A DNA stretch of 64,000 nucleotides from Mobula hypostoma. Lineage: Eukaryota. The position numbers and the translations under genes were made by a program. The notes below the pieces were generated by a model. That model was not told where the DNA came from. It saw only the letters and a list, made by a program, of their open reading frames with translations, and did no database searches. The stretch lies in the NCBI RefSeq assembly GCF_963921235.1, contig NC_086108.1, positions 79,486,001 to 79,550,000 of the forward strand. Reading direction: 5' to 3'. Below, in pieces: positions 1 to 13,590 of the stretch. Every line of letters begins with the position of its first letter. Position 1 is the first letter of the stretch.

Positions 1-465
1 TGGAGTTTTGGTCCTCTTACATGAGAAACAGTGAGATTCTCCAGGCTAAATTCTGGGAACAGAGGATTGACCAACTAAGAGAGGCTAAACCTGTTGGCTC
101 AGTACTCTTTGAAATGTTGAAGGCAATGATATTATTGAAATGTAAAAATCATAAGGAGGCATGACAGGATAGTTGCTCATGTTTTCACTAGAGAAAGAGT
201 CTCAGATGAGGGGACATAATTTTAAGATTAAAACAACAGGGCATAAAAATTTATTTTTATAGAGGGTCATGAATCTTTAAAATTCTCTATCCCAAAAAGC
301 AGTGGAGACAACCTCATTAAGTGTATTTAAAGTAGAGGTGGATAACTTTTTGAAAGAAGAGGTAAATTAGTGCACTGGGGAACTAGAGTGATTCGGCCAT
401 GGTAATATTAAATTGCAGGACAGGCTTGAGGAGTCTGGTGGTCTATTCCTGTGTCTATTTTCTTG
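1..465 (+). mobile_element. CR1-type LINE 3' fragment (degraded)
   Basis: ttttggtcctcttac...gggacataattttaagatta...gcagtggag...ggtctattcctgtgtcta, typical of the CR1 ORF2 end and 3' UTR. Confidence 0.65.
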
Positions 466-1574
466 TGCTTTTGTATTCCCAGATCCTGTGTGCAATGTTT
501 ATCTGCTTCAGAATATGGGCAATTTGGCTTAGTTCTCATTATGCTTCATTTTAACTCCAGTGTCTTAAGGTGGTATAGGGTAGGCTGGCAAGAGTAATCT
601 GGTTCTTTGGCTTTGCAGTCCTTGCAACTAATAATAGTCACTATACGTTGAAATGAAAGGCAACGAGGGTGTACTAATTGTGGAGTGTTAGTAGTAGCCT
701 GGGTGGCCCTTGTGTTCTGTGCCAGAAATTTAGCAAATTGCATTAAACATGCATAACTTCTGAGTCTTGTATACCTAATTAAATTGTTGACAAAAAACAC
801 AAATAATTGTTTGCATGCATTTTCCTTAGCTATCTGAAGGATCAACAGGGACATGCTGCTTTTATGACTTAAATAGAATTACTTTAAAGTACTGTATATC
901 TTCAACTGGGCAGGAGTTTTCATATTTCCTGCATCTGGACTGAAATGAACTTTACTATTGAGCTGATTCAATGGTTGGATCCTTGGAAATGAACAGCAGC
1001 TTTATTGTAACACCTAGATTTATCTTTCTAGTAAATTTGGTATTTGAATGAATGATTTAAGACGTTTATGTATGCGTGTAAAGTTTAAATACTCGTGGAA
1101 GCTTATAGTTAAAAATTTTCATGAGCAGAACAGTGTAATGGTTTCATATGACCCCACAGCTTTATTCACAATATAATTTCAAGAGACTTAGCTCCCACAG
1201 GACGTGCTCCCCACAAAAAAAAACTAATGAAAGTATTGTTGAAGTTACTTGGAGTGGAAGTCTTTCATCCAGCCAAATTTTAATCAGACTCATGATTTCC
1301 TTCCAAATCAAGTGCAAGAAGTATTCATCACCTCATTCATATATGTGATGAAATTAAAGAAAAACTTCACTGTTTGAGCAATACCTTATGCTTCCAGTAC
1401 GCCATGATCAAGCACACTTATTATACAGTCGATAGAAATTCAATAAGATGTATCAACAAAATGTGAAATAAGCATAAATCTAGGTTTAAAGCTCAAGAAG
1501 AAATGTAGGAGTATAAGGTGAAAGTTTTTTTTAATTAACAGAAAATAAATCAGGTTAATAATGGTAAACACGCC

Positions 1575-2306
1575 AGATTCTGAAGATGCTGGAAGTCTTG
1601 AGCAACACCCAAAATACTAGGGGAGCTCAGTGGATCAGGCAGCATCTATGGAGGGGAAGCAATCAAAGTTTCAAGCCGAGACCACTCATCATGACTGAAA
1701 AGGAAGAGGGCAGCGTCCAGAGTAAGAACGTGGGTGAGGGAAAGGATTACAAACTGGCAGGTAATTCGTGAGACCAGGTGAAGGGGATGAACTAAGAAGC
1801 TGGGAGGGGATTGGCCAAAGAGGCAAAGGGCTGAAGAAGGATGAATCTAATAGGAGAGGGCGTAAACCATGGAAGAAAGGGAAGGAGGAGGGGAACCAGA
1901 GGGAATGATTGACAGGTGGGAATAGAAAGGATGAGAAGGTAACCAGAATAGGAAATGGAAAAAGAGAGAAGAAGGGAGGGAGGAGAAATTAATGGAAGTA
2001 GGAGGATTTGATGTTCATGCCATCAGGTTTGAATATGAGGTGTTGCTCCTTCAACCCAAGTTTGGTCTCATCATGGTAATAGACGAGGCCGTGGTCAGAC
2101 GTGCGAGAATGGGAATGCGAGATTGAATTGAAATGGATATCCATGGGGAGATTCTGCCTTCGTAGCTGACAGAATGAAGGTGCTCGACAAACCAGTCCCC
2201 CAGTCTGTGTCAGATCTCACCGATGTAGAGAAGGCCACATCAGGATACAGTAGATGACTTTGACAGACTTGCAGCTGAAGTGTTGCCTCACCTGAAAGGA
2301 CTGTTG
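1575..2306 (-). mobile_element. Penelope-like element 3' part (endonuclease remnant, 3' UTR, degenerate hammerhead at about 1660-1700)
   Basis: Reverse-complement homolog of 4763-5937 (aaaggactgtt, tgttgctcc, ggcagcatctatgg). Confidence 0.75.
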
Positions 2307-4762
2307 ACTTGAACTAGAGAATAGTTGTGGTGTATCGACGTGATCTAAACACAATGAGTTAATCAGGTTACTTTAAGAAAATGCTCAACTTTCTTAATAA
2401 ATTTTCTGTTGTCACCAACCCGAACATATTGAATAAACTGCCATATGACAGGAACAATTCAGCCAAGTACCCACTTTAGCACAAATTAAAAGCTTTGTTT
2501 GTTACATATGGTAAAATTACCATGAGAAATGCTACAAAATAAGAAATTCTGTTTGATTCAAAATTCAGTCGCACGGTTTTATTTATTTTGATACTGTGCT
2601 TTCGAAGTTGGGCTTTTCATGCAGTGAAACATACTGGAAAAACATTTTTCAGATTGTCTCACCTTACTTTAAAAGTTCAACAAAGCACTCAAAGGTGTGA
2701 GCTTCATTTTCACATGTATGCTGATTTTAAAAGCATAAGAAATGAAAGCAGGAAGAGCTCGCATTGCTTGTTGAGTTACTCCAACTTTCAGTAAGATCAT
2801 GGCTGATCTGATCTTGATCTTGAATTCAAATCCATGTTCTTGCCTCTTCCTCATAAGCATTGAACCCCTATTGGTCCAAATATACATTTGATTTTGGCCT
2901 TGAATATAGTCTTGGTATGTGACTTCTGTATCATTGGCATATCAGATGACAGCATTGTTTATGATGTACCACTAATGTCTGTTGCTTTGCAAACTATGGC
3001 ATGTTTTTTGTTGTATGGCTTGAAATTTGAACTCTAAGTAATTCCTATCATTTAGCTCCTCAATTACCAATTCCCAAATTTATCACCAGGCCTCGAACCG
3101 CTGGCTCCCTGTACACCCCAGTCCCCCGAATGCCATATTTGGATATCTGGGCAGCACAAAGGAAATATGAAATGGAGATTCATTAACAGGCTCATACCTA
3201 CCACTAAACAACGGTTGGTAAGCAAGTAGTTCACTCAACGCATTCCTTTCTCGGCCTCTACAAGATAACACTACTGTCATTAATCATCTCTGTCTCTAAC
3301 TCATTTTGAGAAACGGCACAGGAGATTCAGTATTAGATATTTATTTTCTAAAATAGATTTCTGCAAAATTTGAGGTGTGATGCAGTTTTGATGCTCCCTC
3401 TGCTTCGACCACAGTTAAATGTTCACTTTGCATAGTGGAACTTCCTGAAGATACAATGTTAGACTGTGGAGTTAGAGAAGCTGCCTATTTGAAGTTACTG
3501 ATTGCATTCCCTACAGTAGCAATATTGAGATAATGGAGTGTTCAGAATTTTTATAAACCTGTTTCAGTACCTTCGCTGATGATTGGCAAATGAAACGGAA
3601 GGCAACATTGAGGAAGATGGAAATGCACTGCCCTGAAAGGATATGCTGTCATCTTGTATATCAGTATTAAGCAATGTACCATATTTTATTAACATAGATT
3701 ATTTGAACATCAAATTTCTGTGTGTCAGTGTTTGCTCTGCACAAATTAGCTACTGTGTTTTCTCATTATAGCAGCGGCTGCTTTTCAAAAATACCACAAA
3801 CCCTATGTTTTATGAGAGTAACAAAGGTATTGTATTAATGTAAGCAATGTTTTTGGGATATTCCCCCGATGCTTTTTAAGTGCATACTTTACTAAATCCT
3901 GACTTCTTATGGATGTGGGATGGGTTCAGACTGTCCCTTTAGTTTTTCTACTATTCATTGAGCCTGTGGCCAACCCTTGGAGATCTTCAGATTTGGGTGA
4001 GAACCTCAGCATTTTAAAAGGGCTGCAGGGATTCTTGTTCTAGAATAGACTTTTTATCCCTGTTCTTCTATTCAATGACATGCGTACACAGATTAAAAAC
4101 AGGATACTCAGCAGATCAGGCAGTATCTTTGGAGAAAGAAGTAAGACTTCTGATGAAGAATTGTTGTCATTTTAACTGTTTTCTTCTTCTAAATCTGTTA
4201 CCTAATCTGGTTGGGAATTACATTCAATTATTTTATGAACACTTCCCATTGATCATTTCTCATAATTTTTGTCTTGTATATTTGCATAAATAACATTTAT
4301 TTGTACCAGTACACTATTATACCTTTCTAAACTGAAGGTTTGTATGCATTTGTCCTGGTTCAACTTTTCATCTTTTAGTTTTCCCTTTATACATAGCTCC
4401 TAAAATACATTCCTGATTGTTATTCTTCCTCCTTTCTCTTCATAGGCTTTAGATGTAAACATAAAGACTTTCCACCTTCCATCAAGCACCCAGCTCTACA
4501 TCGTAGTTGAAAACTGTTATAGCAATCCGAGTTAGGTTTTGCCAAAATCTAGTCTCAGGACTGTTCAGGTGGATTCAGGTGGATTCAGCTGGATTAGAAA
4601 ATGTCTGGATTTTAATCCAGTTATGTCTTTTGCTTCTTACTTAGAATTCTGTATCTTTCCATATCGATCTGTGTTTTGCTAAAACACCAAATCAGTATGA
4701 AACGCACTGTCAGTATTTGGCTGTTATGTTTCTGTATTTTTATCATTGAAGGTACTTCGACA

Positions 4763-5138
4763 GTAGGAAATAGGATTAAGGGCCCCAAACAGTCCTTCCA
4801 GCTGAGGTAACGCTTCACCTGCAAGTCTGTTGGAGTTGTCTATTGTATCTGGCGCTTCGGATGCGGCCCCCTCTATATTGGTGATACCTGGTGTAAATTG
4901 GGGGTCCACTTTGTTGAATACATCCGCTCCATCCGCCTAAAATGGAATTTACCTGTGGCCAATCATTTTAATTCCTATTGCCGTTCCTGTTCCAACATGT
5001 CGGTCCATGGCATGCACTTTTGCCATGATGACAGACATCCCGCGTCTCCCAGAAGTTCTGGGAGTCTCCCGCATATAAATAGTGGCTCCCTGATGCCTGC
5101 AAATTATATACAATATCATAGAAATCAATTTTTTTGAG

Positions 5139-5175
<37 letters not shown>

Positions 5176-5937
5176 ATGAGAGAGCGGCCACGAGAGAGTG
5201 TTCCAAAAAAAAGAAAATATAAAACGTACGTCACCCCAAACTACACTAAAGTGTACCCCTGCCTAATAGGGGTCAAAAATAATGACAGTGTTGCTCGCTG
5301 CACTGTTTGCAACAGTGACTTTTCTATTGCCCATGGTGGGTTAAGACTGTAAAAGACATGTTGAGGTGAGTTTAACAGGTGTCATTCATTCATCAGCATG
5401 GCTAATGTTATTTAAACTAGCTGGCTAGCTGCTAAGGAGCTACTCTATTGCAGAAATCCCATCTCCCCCAGAAGTTCCGGGAGTCTCCTGCAAATTGATG
5501 GTGTTACCTCCCTGAAATAAGTTTTTGCAGGGTGGGATGTCTGTGTCTCTCAGAGTGGAGGAGCAACACGTCGTATTCTGTCTAGGTAGCCTCCAACCTG
5601 ATTGCTCCTTCCAGTAATTTTTCCTTTCCCTTCCCTCTCCTATTTCTGCATTCTGGCTTCTCCTGTCCCTGGTGCCCCTCCTTCTTCCCTTTCTCCCATG
5701 GTCCACTCTTGTCTCCTATCAGATTTCTTCTTCTCCAGCTCCTTAGCTTTCTCACCCACCGAGCTTCACCCATCACCTTTCAGCTAGTCCTCCTTCCTCA
5801 GGATGACACTTTTTTATTCTGGCATCTTCCACCTTCATTTCTGGTCCTGAAGGAAGGCCTTGGCCTGAAACATTGACTATTTAGTCTACTCCATAGATGC
5901 TTTTACCAGCTGAGTTCCTCCAGCATTTTGTGTGTAT
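4763..5937 (+). mobile_element. Penelope-like retroelement GIY-YIG endonuclease and 3' region, interrupted by a hAT-like MITE
   Basis: Translates GPKQSFQ..RFTCKSVGVVYCI...GPLYIGDT...HFVEY...PVANHFNS (VVY...YIG = GIY-YIG) and resumes after 5543 with RVEEQH..F.LGSLQP. Pyrimidine-rich UTR and degenerate hammerhead at about 5843-5880. Confidence 0.8.
5032..5543 (+). mobile_element. hAT-like non-autonomous DNA element, copy 1
   Basis: TIRs CAGACATCCC...GGGATGTCTG, an (AG)n tract, and a zinc-finger fragment CTVCNSDFSIAHGG; near-identical to 18090-18641. Confidence 0.8.
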
Positions 5938-6056
5938 AGCCATAGGCTGAACCTGTTTGTAGACAGGACAAAGGAATTTAAAATTACCCCAGGGAACTTA
6001 AGCAGGGCCAGAAATTGGGTTGTCTGTCAGAGGGAAATTCAGTTTTTAAAATTTAT

Positions 6057-7105
6057 TCATTTATAGGAGGTGGGAGTTGCCAGTTAAGCCAGCATTTATT
6101 GCCCTTCCCTTGTTGCCCTTAAGAAGGGGGTGATGAGCTGCCTTCTCGAACCGTTGCAATCCCTGAGGTGTAGGTACACCCACGGAGCTGTGAGGGAGGG
6201 AATTCCATGATTTTGACCCAGCGACAATAAAGGAGTGGTGATACGTTTCCAAGCCAGGATGGTGAGTGACTTGGAGGGGGATTTCCAAGTGGTGCTGCTC
6301 TCGTCCTTTTGGATGGTAGTGGTTGTGGGTCTGGAAGGTGCTGTCTTAGGAACTTTGGTGTGTTGTTGCAGTGCATCTTGTTGATAGCACACACTGCTGC
6401 AATTGTTCTTTGCTGGAGGGATTGGATGCTTGTGGAAGGGGTACCAATCAAGTGGGCTGCCTTGTACTATGTGGTGTCAAGCTGCTTGAATGTTGATGGA
6501 GCTGCATTCATCCAGGCGAGTGGTGAGTATTCCATTACACTCCTGACCTGAGCCTTGTAGATGGTGGACAAGGCTTTGGGGAGTCAGGAGGTGAGTGACA
6601 CGCTGCATGATTCCTAGCCGTTGATCTGTTCTGGTAGCCACGGTATTTATATGGCTAGACTAGTTCAGTTTCCTGTCGATGGTAACCCCCAGGATGTTGA
6701 AAGTAGGGGATTTAATGATGGCTATGTCACTGAATGCCAAAGGGCGATGATTGACACTTTTCTTGTTGGAGATGGCATTGTCTGACATGTAGCTCAAATG
6801 TGCCTTGCCACTTGTCAGCCCAAGCCTGGATATTGTCCAGGTCCTGCTGTTTTTTTGGGTATGAACTGCTCCACTATCTGAGGAGTCACGAATGGGGCAG
6901 AACATTGTGCAGTCATCTGCGAACATCCCCACTTCTGACCCTATGACAGAAGAAGGTCATTGATGAAGCAGCTGAAGATGGTTGGTCCTAGGACACTTCC
7001 CTGAGGAACTCTTGTAGTGCTGTCCTGAGGATGAGATGATTGATCTCCAACCACCACGACCATCTTCCTTTGTGTCAGGTCTGATTCCAACCAGCGGAGG
7101 GTCCT
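6057..7105 (-). mobile_element. CR1/L2-group LINE 3' portion (RT remnant)
   Basis: Minus ORFs MFADDCTMF...ILGVTIDRKLN and SLQQRTIAAVCAINKMHC; 3' end ggcaataaatgctggc. Confidence 0.8.
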
Positions 7106-7269
7106 GCTTAAGTTTCCTGAGTGCTCTCTCTTTGAGGAAGAAAAAGAAAAGGCAAGAGGCCACTTTGCTTGTCTAGAGGGCTATTAGATGTGATAATGGC
7201 ATGGTCAGGGTGGCTTACAAGCCAAAAGTACTACTTAGTGAAGCAGCTCGAAATGAGCTGATTAAAGAA

Positions 7270-7725
7270 AAGTGGGAAGACACGAGAATAAAAAGGTGGG
7301 AAGGAGATCTAGCTAGAAGGTGATGTGTGAAACCAGGAGGGTGGGAAAGTTAAAAGGCTGAAGAGGGAGGAATCTGATAGGAGATGGACCATGGGAGAAA
7401 GGAAAGGAGGAGGGGCACCGGGGGATGTCATAGGTAGGTGAGGAGATTAGATTAAAGGCGAGAGTGGGGAAGGGAGAAGGGGGAGGTAACTTTTTTTTCT
7501 CTGTTAAGAGAAATCAGTGTGGGAACCTACCTAGATGGAAGTTGAGGTGTTGCTCCTCCACCCTTAGAGTGGGCTCATGGCAAAAGAGGAGGCCGTGGAC
7601 TGACATGTCAGAGTGGGAATGGGGATAGGAATTAAAATTCCACTTTTGGCAGATGGAGCCAAGGTGCTTGACAAAGCAGTCCCCCAATTTACATCGTGTC
7701 TCACCAATGTAGAGGAGGTCGCATA
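7270..7725 (-). mobile_element. Penelope-like element endonuclease and 3' UTR fragment
   Basis: ORF 7514-7735 LLYIGETRCKLGDCF.KHL...HSDMSVHGLL...RVEEQHL, homologous to the 4763 element. Confidence 0.8.
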
Positions 7726-9309
7726 AGATATGCAAGCTACTCTAATATATTAATAATCATCCTGTACTTATTACTTCAGCTATAATATTTAAGGTTTGTT
7801 CTGTGCATCATTTATAATGGAAAAACACCCAGACCTATATTTTATCATAAACAACAAAAATGAATATTATGTTTAAATGATAGAAAATCTGAAAAGAAGA
7901 ACAGTACATGATGAAAATGCTCAGCAGGTCAGTAATTAACTTGTTTTCTCTTTTCCTGTTCTAATCAAGGATCTTCGATCAAGAACATCAACTCTTTATT
8001 TTCTTTTTCTCCAGATATAGTCTGGCTTGCTAAATATTTCCAGCAATTTCTGCCTTTATGTTAGACTTGAAACATCTGCAGTTCTTTGACTTTCAAGGGC
8101 TAGGTAATGGTTCACCTCAAGTTGAAGGATTCAATCTCTTAAGCATCAGTTATAATTAAATAACCTTGACATTCAGAACCTATAAATGAATAGTACTATT
8201 ATTATGTTCATGTTGTTTTAATACACAATTAATAACACCAGGGAATATTGTCACAAGAGATCAGTGTGTTCATTTTCACATACATCTATCTAATATTGGG
8301 AATGGATGATGATGTCTGGATTCCCATTTGTGACTCCTCATAGCTCCCAGTTATCTGATGTTGAAGACATTTTATTTACTCTCTGAAACGGTGTACACCT
8401 CCATTACAGCTGAATGGCACTTCCTCAAGGTGTTGCAGACATACAAGAGGCATTCCAGTAAAGTCAACTAATGGACAAATAACTTCTACCAGTTCCTGAG
8501 CAATCTTCATATTTTAAAATACATACTAGTTATCTATCCCCATTTCTGTAAAATTAGTGCTTTCCAAATGACCTAGTTCTCATTTTAAGTTTTTAATCTT
8601 GTTGGGTTGGATTCCTTTATTGGTGCAAATTGTTTTGCTGTATCTTTACTACTGTTTTTTTTTTCTTTACATTTTTGGGGATTAATCAAATACTAATTTC
8701 AAGTGGATTCAAGTTTTTTTTCTTCAATCTGTCCCTTTATTTATTCTTAATTCCTTTTGTGCTATTCTTATTTTCTCATTTCTTCATCACTTTCTCTGTA
8801 TATCTTTCCACATCTGCCCTATGCTCTTCTCACATCCTACTGACTTTCCATCATTCCTCTTTATATATCCTTTGTCCCTTATCTTCTTTCAGACCTCATG
8901 TCTTTCTTCATTTTACATGTCTCTCCTTCCTTTTCCTATTATTTTTTTGTCCCCTTCATTCCTATTCCTCCCACCTTCTTTTCTGTCTTGCTCTCTCTTC
9001 CATCTCTGATCCTGAATGAACTATCATGGTACCCGTCGTGCATGGAAGAATGGCCAGTGTGTGTACATATTTATAACTGAATGGATAGTGAAAAGTCTTT
9101 GCCACATTGTTAGGCCCTCTTCTCTCAGAAAAAAACATTGTAGTCTTAATATTATTTCTTCAGATCAAAATGAAAACAAAAAGGAGTTTGTTGCTAAGGC
9201 CACATAGCTGTAATTCTGGAGGACCTTCAAGGTCCCTATGGCCAAAAAAAGAATGCCTTCTGCTGGCACAGGTTCTTCACCAGGTCACCACTTCTTTTTG
9301 AGAGGGCAA

Positions 9310-9510
9310 TTTATTCAATTGCTGGACACAAACAAGAGAAGATCTGCAGATGCTGGAAACCCAAGCAACACACACAAAATGCTGAAGGAACTCAACGGGC
9401 CAGGCAGAATGATGAATGGTCTCGGCCTGAAACATTGACCGTACTCTTTTCCAAAGATGATGCCTGGCCTGCTGAGTTCCTCCAGCATTTTGTGTGTGTT
9501 TATTCAATTG
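9310..9510. mobile_element. Short PLE terminal insertion with internal inversion and 12-bp TSD
   Basis: TTTATTCAATTG at 9310-21 and 9499-9510; a minus-strand PLE end followed by a plus-strand PLE end. Confidence 0.75.
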
Positions 9511-10596
9511 AAGGGCAGTTTCTGCTGAGGTGTATCCCTTTAACCACTGTTAGCAGGGATTGAACCTATGATTATTGTGAGAACTTGTAACTGATCACAA
9601 CATCATCGTATCGAGTGTAGTTTTACACAGAGAAATCTAGAGTGTCTCTATGAACCTCAAAATTGAACATTACAATCTTCTTGAGATTTTCATAAAGAGC
9701 TTTACGGTGATTTACAGTGCTGTATAAGTTCCGTGAAAAATGCCATGAATAATTTTATAATCAAGTGGAGGTACTTTCTATAGAGGCTTGGTCTTTTCAT
9801 ACAGTGGAATTATTTTAGTTAATTACTACTTTCACTTTTAGAAAAAAGAAGTTTTCTTTTATGATGACCAGCAATAGGTATAATCTCTCAGTTAATCTAA
9901 TCATAAACTAGTCTAAATGAGTTTGTCTGTCGTCTGGATATTCACATGTTGAAATGCATAATGCGCAGCTACAAGACTGCAGTCAAGGATGACTTTTCTC
10001 ATTTCCTTTATTGGCATATTTTAGCAATAATGCACCTTTAAGCTACTTCATAGTGAAATAGCCAAAGAATTCTGAACTGCAACTTGTTTGAGAGCTTCTG
10101 CTGTATGACTACATGAAACCTGCTTGGCAGGGAGTTCGTAACAACCCTGCTGTCTGGGTCGATTGGCGAAGGAACAGAATTGCAATGAGCAGTACAGTTT
10201 GTAATGCCGACTCTCTCTTCTCCCTGCTCCCTCTGTTATTTTTGTCACCTTGCTTAGTGTTGATATCTTCCTCTGGGGAGCTGTCTGATAAGGAGTGTTG
10301 AGCCCAAACTGAGCTTAGTGCTGCTATTTCATGCTTCCTGATGTACAGTTTTTGTGCAAACATCTGCAAGCAAAATGAAAACCTGTCATGAGCAGTTAAG
10401 ATTGGTGACCCAGCAGAGTTTCAGTCCTTTGAAGTGCCATTGCTTTTGGTTAGCATCACTTCCTCTTGCCTTTGAACTTTAATCTTCACTTCTCTGTGTA
10501 CCCCTCTTACAAGTAAAATTTCTGTTGTTAATACTAACATGTAATGCAGATACCGTGTACTTTTTCTCTAGAATCACTATAAATTGCAGTTTTTTT

Positions 10597-11000
10597 TAAA
10601 CACAAACAATTCTCCAACTGCTGGAGATCCTGAGTGCCACGCAAAAATTGCAGGAGGAACTCTGCAGGTCAAGTCACATCTACGGAGAGAAATGAAAAGT
10701 CGATGTTTCAGCCCGAGACCCTTCATCAACACTAGAAAGGAAGGAGTGCAAGCCAGCAGGTGATGGGTGAATCCAGGTGAGGAGGAGGTGGGTGGGGGAG
10801 GGAGATGAGGTGAGAACCTGGGAGATCAGAGGAGGAAAGGGTAAACTTTTCCAAATATCATCTCCCAGTTTCCCCCTCACCTGGTCTCAGCTGCCATCTT
10901 GTACTCTTTCCCAGCCTTCTTATTCTGGCTTCTGCCCCATCTGTTTCCAGTCCTGATGAAGTGTCTCTGTTTATTCATCAACTGTTAATTCCCCTCCATA
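10597..11000. mobile_element. PLE terminal fragments in opposite orientations
   Basis: Minus part contains gtcgatgtttcagcccgagacccttcatca; plus part contains cagtcctgatgaag. Confidence 0.65.
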
Positions 11001-11197
11001 ATAGTAGTTTCTTTCCCTTTTGGACTATGGGAAAATACAATGAAGAAGCGCATCAAGCAGCACTAATGTGATTTTTGGATCTTGGATACAGGGAAATGCA
11101 ACTCTGTATTGATCATTGATTGGTGTTTACTGTAGCAACAAAAAGAAGCAAACTTGTACTCACCAAACTCCACAATATGCAATGGTGTAACACTTAA

Positions 11198-11892
11198 AGA
11201 TTAGATTATGAGAACACTCAGTCCTCTTTTATTGTCATTTAGAAATGCATACATGCATTAAGAAGTGATGCAATATTTCTCCAAAGTGATATCACAGAAA
11301 ACAGGACAAACCAAAGACTAACACTGACAGAACCACGTAATTATAACATAAGTTACAGCAGTGCAAAGCAATACCATAATTTGATGAAGAACAGACCACG
11401 AGCACGGTAAATAAAGTCTCAAAAGACCCTGAGTCAGTCGACTCCCGAGTCCCTAATAGCAGGTGGCAAAAGGGAGAAACTCCCTGCCATAAAGCTCCAG
11501 GCACCGTCAATGTGACGATGCCTTGGAAGCAGCTGACCACAGCCGACACTGAGTCCATCCGTCCAAAAACTTCGAGCTTCCGACCAGCCTCTCCGATACA
11601 GCCTCCTGAGCGCCATCCTCTGCCAAGCGCCTTCGACCTCGCCCCCGCCCCGGCCGCTGAAACATACAAAGCCGAGGATTTCGGGGCCTTCTGCTCTGGA
11701 GATTCCTGTTACCGCACAGTAGCAGCAGCAGCAAAGCGGGCGTTTCAGAAGTTTTCCAGATGTTCCTCCGTTTTCTCACGTCCGTCTCCATCAAATCAGA
11801 ATTGTGCACGGTCCCCTACTTGACAGATAACAGACATCACCACCGAAGTGGTCGCACGCGCTGCCGTCGCACCGCCATCTTCTCCTCCTCCT
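11198..11892 (-). mobile_element. Non-autonomous retroposon (AAGATGGCGG head, (AATCT)n tail), copy 1
   Basis: Full-length homolog of 60544-61227; shares head and tail with 42639-43240. Confidence 0.8.
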
Positions 11893-12992
11893 TGATAGAT
11901 TGTTCTCGTTGTTTTGAATGGAGTGATAAAGGCTCACCAGAATATTAGATGACTTATTCCAGGCATTCTTTAATAGAGTACCGTGAGCTCTTTTTGCATT
12001 CTTGTTAAGGGATAGTCTCTGTTCAGTATCTGAATTGGCATCTCAAACTGTCACTATTTGTTGTTGGACTCTTAGTGTAGAGATCTAACTTCTAACTTTA
12101 GAATGAAGAAATTGAAGACTTAACTGAGTCAAGATAATCAAATATTCATCAAGACTGAGTTGGAATAAAAGTCAGTTTTAATTTTAGTACATGAGAACAT
12201 GGCCGTGGAGATGAAAACATGTTCTCATCTGGGGTGAATGTCACCATTCTCAAAGGCTACAATGAGAAACTACAGAGTTTTTTTTTCATGCATTAACAAA
12301 TATAGATTGTGCTGCAAATATAAATGTAGATTGACTTCTATATCATTCAGACTTTATTTGAATTCGAGTCCATATTTTTGGAATCCTGAGAAATGCCATA
12401 AAGTTCTGGGATTTAAATTCAGCTTGTAATCTGGAATTAAAGACAAAAATGAGTCAATCGTAATGATGATTTGTGATGCTCAGATCCTGTAAAACAAATT
12501 AAAGAAACGTATTGATTTTAGAGTAAGCTGCATTCTGAACAATGAGTTTATTGAGCTACAATTTATGTGCAATAATTTGTTCATTTCAAAATTTTCCAAA
12601 TGCACTCAGATAACTATTCCATAATATAAGCACTGAACTTGATAATATTTGCAATATGGAGGTTTAAATCTTCCCTGTCAGTGTCAATTTCAAAACTATT
12701 ATTCTGCCCAATTTAATGTGGTCATAAAGAGTTGACAAGCTTCCTTCGTTCCTTTTGATGAATGCCACTTTCCGCATCACTAGAATCAACTCATACAAAC
12801 AGATGTTAAAAGAGACAGGAAGTGCACAAGCCCGAAATCCGTATTTCAACAATGATTTAAATATGGCTGTTTCTAGTGCTCATTCTTTTGTTTCCTCTGT
12901 AAACGTTTGCAAAATTGAACCAAAAATACATCGAAAACAGCACTATGGTGTTTTGCACAAAAAAAAGTGCTAAAACACATCGTATATGATTT

Positions 12993-13185
12993 CCATAAGA
13001 TGATAAGACATAGGAGCAGAATTGGGCCATTCAGCCCATCAAGTCTGCTCCACTATTCTATAACGGTTGAGTTATTATCCCTCTCAGCCCCATTCACCTG
13101 CCTTCTTCCCATAACCCTTTGATACCCTTACTAATCAAGAACTTATCAAACTCCGCTTTAAATGTACCCACTGACTTGGACTCCT
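12993..13185 (-). mobile_element. CR1-type 3' end
   Basis: cataagatgataagacataggagcagaattgggccattcagccc; same family as 20450-20615. Confidence 0.65.
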
Positions 13186-13244
13186 CAGGAGCTAAATGAA
13201 GCATTCATAACTGCTCTGCCATTGCCAAGATGATCAATCTTCCC

Positions 13245-13590
13245 ATGGTAGTCACAACAGCTTGAAGACTCGTACGGCCAGATTTGGGAACAGCTTCTTT
13301 CCAACTGTGATAAGACTGCTGAACGGATCCTGACCCGGATCTGGGCCGTACCATCCAAATATCCGGACCTGCCTCTCGGTTTTTTTGCACTACCTTACTT
13401 CCCATTTTTCTATTTTCTATTTATGATTTATAATTTAAATTTTTAATATTTACTAATTTTAACTAATTTTAATATTCTTAATATTTAATATTTGTAATCC
13501 AGGGAGTGTGAAGCTCAGATTCAAATATCGCTGTGATGATTGTACGTTCTAGTACTAATTGTTTGGCAACAATAAAGTATAAAGTATAGA
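13245..13590 (+). mobile_element. Rex1/Babar-like LINE 3' end
   Basis: cagatttgggaacagcttctttccaactgtgataagactgctgaac (RFGNSFFPTVIRLLN); tail aataaagtataaagtata. Confidence 0.65.

Noticed and set aside
4564..4596. Tandem ttcaggtgga-like 10-mer x3
   Set aside because: Simple micro-duplication with no spacers; not CRISPR-like.
8630..9019. 129-aa hydrophobic ORF resembling a membrane protein
   Set aside because: Artefact of a T/C-rich low-complexity tract.
11292..11823. Overlapping 100-125 aa ORFs, with counterparts at 42516-43112 and 60716-61136
   Set aside because: They arise from the GC-rich repeat family, frames are not consistently kept across the three copies, and there is no recognisable domain.
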